64,000 nt of DNA, taken from positions 32,001-96,000 of the forward strand of contig CAVRGP010000001.1 of NCBI GenBank assembly GCA_963720755.1, given 5' to 3'. Made by a program: the position numbers and the translations under genes. Under the pieces are notes generated by a model. The model saw only the letters and a program-made list of their open reading frames with translations. It searched no databases and was not told the DNA's origin. This DNA comes from an uncultured Chloroflexia bacterium (GTDB taxonomy: Bacteria; Chloroflexota; Limnocylindria; Limnocylindrales; CSP1-4). Positions 60,027 through 64,000 of this stretch are shown piece after piece (positions within the stretch are counted from its first letter, which is position 1; each line of letters starts with the position of its first letter).

Positions 60027-61661
60027 ATGGCGAACAACGAGCGGGCGGGCCTGCCAGCCGACCCAAGCATGCTGGTCGATGTCGATCGGCTCGTCTCCGC
60101 GTATCACGACATCCGGCCGGATCCGTCAGATCCGACCCAACGGGTCGCCTTCGGGACGTCCGGACATCGCGGCTCGGCGCTCGATGGCGCCTTCAACGAC
60201 GCCCACATCGCCGCCACGACCGAAGCGATCTGTCGATACCGCGCAGAGCAAGCCATCGACGGACCGCTGTTCATCGGCCGCGACACGCACGCGCTGTCCG
60301 GGCCGGCGCTTGAAACCGCCCTCCAGGTCCTGGCCGCACATGGCGTCGATATCCGGATCGACTCGAGCGATGGGTACACCCCGACGCCCGCCGTCTCCCA
60401 CGCCATCCTCGTCTACAACCGTGGTCGCCGACAGCGGCTGGCCGACGGGATCGTCGTGACGCCATCGCACAATCCACCCGAGGACGGCGGCTTCAAATAC
60501 AACCCGCCGAACGGTGGACCGGCCGATACGGACGTCACTCGCTGGATCCAGGATGAGGCCAACCGGCTGCTCGAGGCGGATCTCGACGGCGTCGAGCGCG
60601 TGCCGGCCGAGCGGGCGCGCAGCGCGGCGACCCCCTACGATTTCGTGGCGACGTACGTCGAGGACCTCGCGAACGTCATCGACATGGACTCGATCCGTGA
60701 CTCCGGTCTCCGCCTGGGCGTGGACCCGCTCGGCGGCGCCAGCGTCGCCTACTGGCCGGCCATCGGCGAGCGATACGGGCTGGACCTGACCATCACCAAC
60801 GACCGGGTCGATCCACAGTTCGGGTTCATGACCTGTGACTGGGACGGACGGATCCGGATGGACCCATCGTCGCCATACGCCATGGCCCGGCTGGTCGGGC
60901 TCCGCGACCGGTTCGACATCGCCTTCGCCAACGACACCGACGCCGACCGGCACGGGATCGTGGCCGCGGCGGCCGGACTGCTCAACCCCAACCATTTCCT
61001 GTCGGTCGCCGTCGGCCACCTGTTCGGCGGCGGTCGCGACTGGGGTCCCGGCGTCGCGGTCGGCAAGACGCTCGTGTCGAGCGCCATGATCGACCGGGTG
61101 GCGGCCGACCTGGATCGCCGGCTGCTCGAGGTCCCGGTCGGGTTCAAGTGGTTCGTGTCCGGCCTGATCGATGGCACCCTCGGGTTCGGAGGCGAAGAGA
61201 GTGCCGGAGCATCCTTCCTCCGCCGCGACGGGTCGGTTTGGACGACAGACAAGGACGGGATCATCGCATGCCTCCTGGCCGCCGAGATGATGGCGCGGTC
61301 GGGTCGGGATCCTGGCGTCGCCTACACCGATCTCACGGCGCGTTTCGGGGCGCCGGTCTACCGTCGGATCGATGCCCCCGCCACCCCTGACCAGAAGGAG
61401 GTCCTCGGACGGCTGTCGCCCGGCCAGGTGACGGCGAAGACGCTCGGCGGCGACCGCGTGACCGACATCCTGACGACCGCGCCGGGCAACGGTGCCGCGA
61501 TCGGCGGCATCAAGGTCATCACCGACCGCGGCTGGTTCGCGGCGCGACCGTCGGGCACGGAGAATGTCTACAAGATCTACGCCGAGAGCTTCGTCGATGG
61601 ACCGCACCTGGAACGCATCCTCGAAGAGGCACAAGCCGTCGTCGGGAGGGCGCTCACGTGA
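60027..61661 (+). CDS. pgm: Phosphoglucomutase (alpha-D-glucose-1,6-bisphosphate-dependent)
   Basis: FGTSGHRG, TPSHNP, DTDADR, GEESAG, RPSGTE. Confidence 0.96.
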   Translation: MANNERAGLPADPSMLVDVDRLVSAYHDIRPDPSDPTQRVAFGTSGHRGSALDGAFNDAHIAATTEAICRYRAEQAIDGPLFIGRDTHALSGPALETALQVLAAHGVDIRIDSSDGYTPTPAVSHAILVYNRGRRQRLADGIVVTPSHNPPEDGGFKYNPPNGGPADTDVTRWIQDEANRLLEADLDGVERVPAERARSAATPYDFVATYVEDLANVIDMDSIRDSGLRLGVDPLGGASVAYWPAIGERYGLDLTITNDRVDPQFGFMTCDWDGRIRMDPSSPYAMARLVGLRDRFDIAFANDTDADRHGIVAAAAGLLNPNHFLSVAVGHLFGGGRDWGPGVAVGKTLVSSAMIDRVAADLDRRLLEVPVGFKWFVSGLIDGTLGFGGEESAGASFLRRDGSVWTTDKDGIIACLLAAEMMARSGRDPGVAYTDLTARFGAPVYRRIDAPATPDQKEVLGRLSPGQVTAKTLGGDRVTDILTTAPGNGAAIGGIKVITDRGWFAARPSGTENVYKIYAESFVDGPHLERILEEAQAVVGRALT

Positions 61662-62230
61662 CCGATCACCACCATGACCATGAAACGTACGCCGAGCAGG
61701 TCGAGGCCTTTCGGCGCGACAAGGACCAATTCTTCCAGGGCTCGCCGGCCAGCCCGATCCCGCACGACCTCCGCCACGACTTCACCGGGCTGCCCTATTT
61801 CCCGGTCGACGAGGCATTCCGTTTCGAGGGTCTCCCGCTCGAGCCATACGCCGGCGACGAGCCATCGGCCTTCCAGATCCCGACCTCCGACGGACGACTT
61901 CGACCGGCGCACCGGGCGGGGACATTCACCTTCGAGCGCGGTGGCGCCCCGCGCCGATTGACCGCCTACGTCCTGGATGGCGGGAGTGCCGAGTCGCTGT
62001 TCGTGCCGTTCCTCGATGGAACGAGCGGCCAGGAGACGTACGGCGCGGGCCGGTACCTGGACATCGAGGTCGAACCTGACGACACGTACGTCATCGACTT
62101 CAACCTGGCCTACCACCCGTACTGCGTCTACTCGCCGACCTACTCGTGCCCGCTGACGCCGGCGGAGAACCGCCTGCCGATCCGGATCGAGGCCGGCGAG
62201 CGGCTACCCGAGGACGACGCCGGTCACTGA
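61658..62230 (+). CDS. DUF1684 family protein
   Basis: F.D.TSGQETYGAGRYL, DFNLAYHPYC.YS...CP. Confidence 0.9.
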   Translation: MTDHHHDHETYAEQVEAFRRDKDQFFQGSPASPIPHDLRHDFTGLPYFPVDEAFRFEGLPLEPYAGDEPSAFQIPTSDGRLRPAHRAGTFTFERGGAPRRLTAYVLDGGSAESLFVPFLDGTSGQETYGAGRYLDIEVEPDDTYVIDFNLAYHPYCVYSPTYSCPLTPAENRLPIRIEAGERLPEDDAGH

Positions 62231-63878
62231 CCGAGGGCGAGCGACGCATCGCACCGTGCGGCTACGGTCGCACGGTGCGAGACCACGATCGTCGTCCGTC
62301 CCCGCATGAACGGGGCCAGCGCGTCCATCAGTTCGCCTTCGGTGGCGACGTCGAGGTTGGCCGTCGCCTCGTCCAGGATCAGGATCGGCGCGTCCTTGAT
62401 GATCGCTCGAGCGATGGCGATCCGCTGACGTTCGCCGCCACTCAACAACAGGCCGTTCTCTCCGACCCGGGTCTCGTACCCGGCCGGCAGCGACTCGATG
62501 AAGTCGTGGACGCGAGCCATCCGGCAGGCGGCCACGATCCGCTCGTCGGTCACGTCCGCGTCGGCGACTGCCAGGTTGTCCCGGATCGTGCCGTTGAACA
62601 GGTGGACCTCCTGGGCCACGACGCCGAGCATCGCCCGGAGCTGCTCGACGGGATAGGCCCGAAGATCGTGACCACCGATCCGGACGTCACCGGCCTCGTA
62701 CTCCCAGAACCGGAGCAGAACGTTCACCAGCGTCGACTTGCCCGAGCCGCTCGGTCCGACGACGGCCAGGCTCGTGCCGCTCGGCACCGACAGGTCCAGC
62801 CCGGCGAAGACGACCGGTTCCTCCGGGCCATAGCGGAAGGTGAGGCCGCGGATCTCGATCCCGTGGTCAGCGGGCACGATGGCGGACGGGATGGCGTCGC
62901 CGGCGTCCGCTCGCCCTGGGGTCGCCGATGGGGTCTCGGTCAGCTCGAACAGGCGACTGGCTGCAGCCGAATCGACTTCCTGCAACGCGAATGCCTGGGA
63001 GAGCGGGCCGATGACCTCGAAACAGGCCACGGCCGCAAGCGGGAGCAGCGCGAGGTAGACCCCGTCGAGACGATCCGTGGCCACGAGCTGGGCGCCGACA
63101 GCGAGGATCGTCACTCCGGCAAGGCTGGCGAAGGTGACCGCGAGCGCATCGGTGAGCGCACGGACGGTCGCCTGCCGGTCGATCGCCCGATCGACCGCGA
63201 GGCCGACCTCGAGGAGTCGGTCGCGGTGGGCGGCCCCACGGTCGAGCACGACGAGGTCCGGCAACCCCTGGATCTCGTCGACGAGCATCGCACCGAACTC
63301 CCCCCGCAGGGCGATCTGGTCGGCGGCGGCCAGTTTCGTGAGTCGCCGGGAAAGGATGGCAGGACGACGCCCGTGACCACGAGGAAGACGATCAGGATGA
63401 AACCCAGGCCGGGATCGAACGCACCGAGCAGGATGCCACCGAACGCGGTGACGGCTGCCGCGACGACGGGCGGGACGAGGACGCGGACATAGAAATCCTC
63501 GAGCGTGTCGATGTCGGCGACGATCCGGGCAAGCAGGTCGCCACTCCGACGGTCTGCGAGCCGGGCCGGGGCGAGCGGTTCGATCGAGGCATAGAACCAG
63601 ACCCGAAGGTCGGTCAGGATCTCGAACGTCGCCCGGTGCGTGACGTACCGCTCGAGGTACCGGAAGGCAGCCCGGCCGATGGCCAGGACTCGCACCCCGG
63701 TAATGGCCAGGGCGACCTCCGCCACGTTCGAGACGAGCGCGGCCTTGGAGATCAGGTAGGCGGACAGGGCCATCAGGGCCACGTTTGCGCCGACCGCCAC
63801 GAACGCCAGCAGCGCCCCGATCGCGATCCACCGGCGGCGCCCGGCCATCAGTTCGAGCAGCCGTCCGAAGGTCGTCAT
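62224..63878 (-). CDS. cydC: CydC-type ABC exporter subunit (frameshift ~63358)
   Basis: SAYLISKAAL, RAAFRYLERYVTH, GDLLAR.VAD in one frame; GPSGSGKS, LSGGERQR, LDEAT in another. Confidence 0.88.
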
Positions 63879-64000
63879 GCGACGACGTCCGGATCGGTCT
63901 CGGCGGCGGCCAGCAACCGGGCGTATGCGCCGCCCGCACCGGCGAGCACCTCGGGCGCCCCGGTTTCGACGACCAGCCCACGCTCGAGCACGATCACGAC
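63875..64000 (-). CDS. cydD: ABC exporter C-terminus, probably CydD (partial)
   Basis: VIVLERGLVVETG...GAYARLL-stop overlaps the cydC start. Confidence 0.65.
   Translation of the reverse strand, partial: VVIVLERGLVVETGAPEVLAGAGGAYARLLAAAETDPDVVA

Overview
High-GC bacterial chromosomal window. The gene content resembles soil or freshwater Chloroflexota (Limnocylindria-like); this is inference only. It carries about 65 mostly metabolic and regulatory genes and one tRNA-Gly(CCC). I found no rRNA, CRISPR array, integrase or transposase. The first ~3.2 kb looks less GC-rich by eye and accessory. It holds a cytochrome P450 and a coupled DUF5343-like + Swt1-type HEPN RNase pair just upstream of the tRNA, which is the best candidate for an uncharacterised defence or toxin-antitoxin system. 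Other notable modules: a Phd-like regulator + vWA operon with a palindromic operator; head-to-head alanine-dehydrogenase-like paralogues; and a cyclic-nucleotide cluster (two HTH-adenylate cyclases around a cNMP-binding histidine kinase and a receiver-fused, CxxC-less TrxR-like flavoprotein, plus DUF2652). There are also a MerR-ArsC fusion, an amidohydrolase lacking its catalytic barrel, and two ApbE/ferric-reductase flavinylation clusters. Several genes are split by apparent 1-bp indels, probably long-read errors. All family assignments come from motif recognition by eye; no database search was run.
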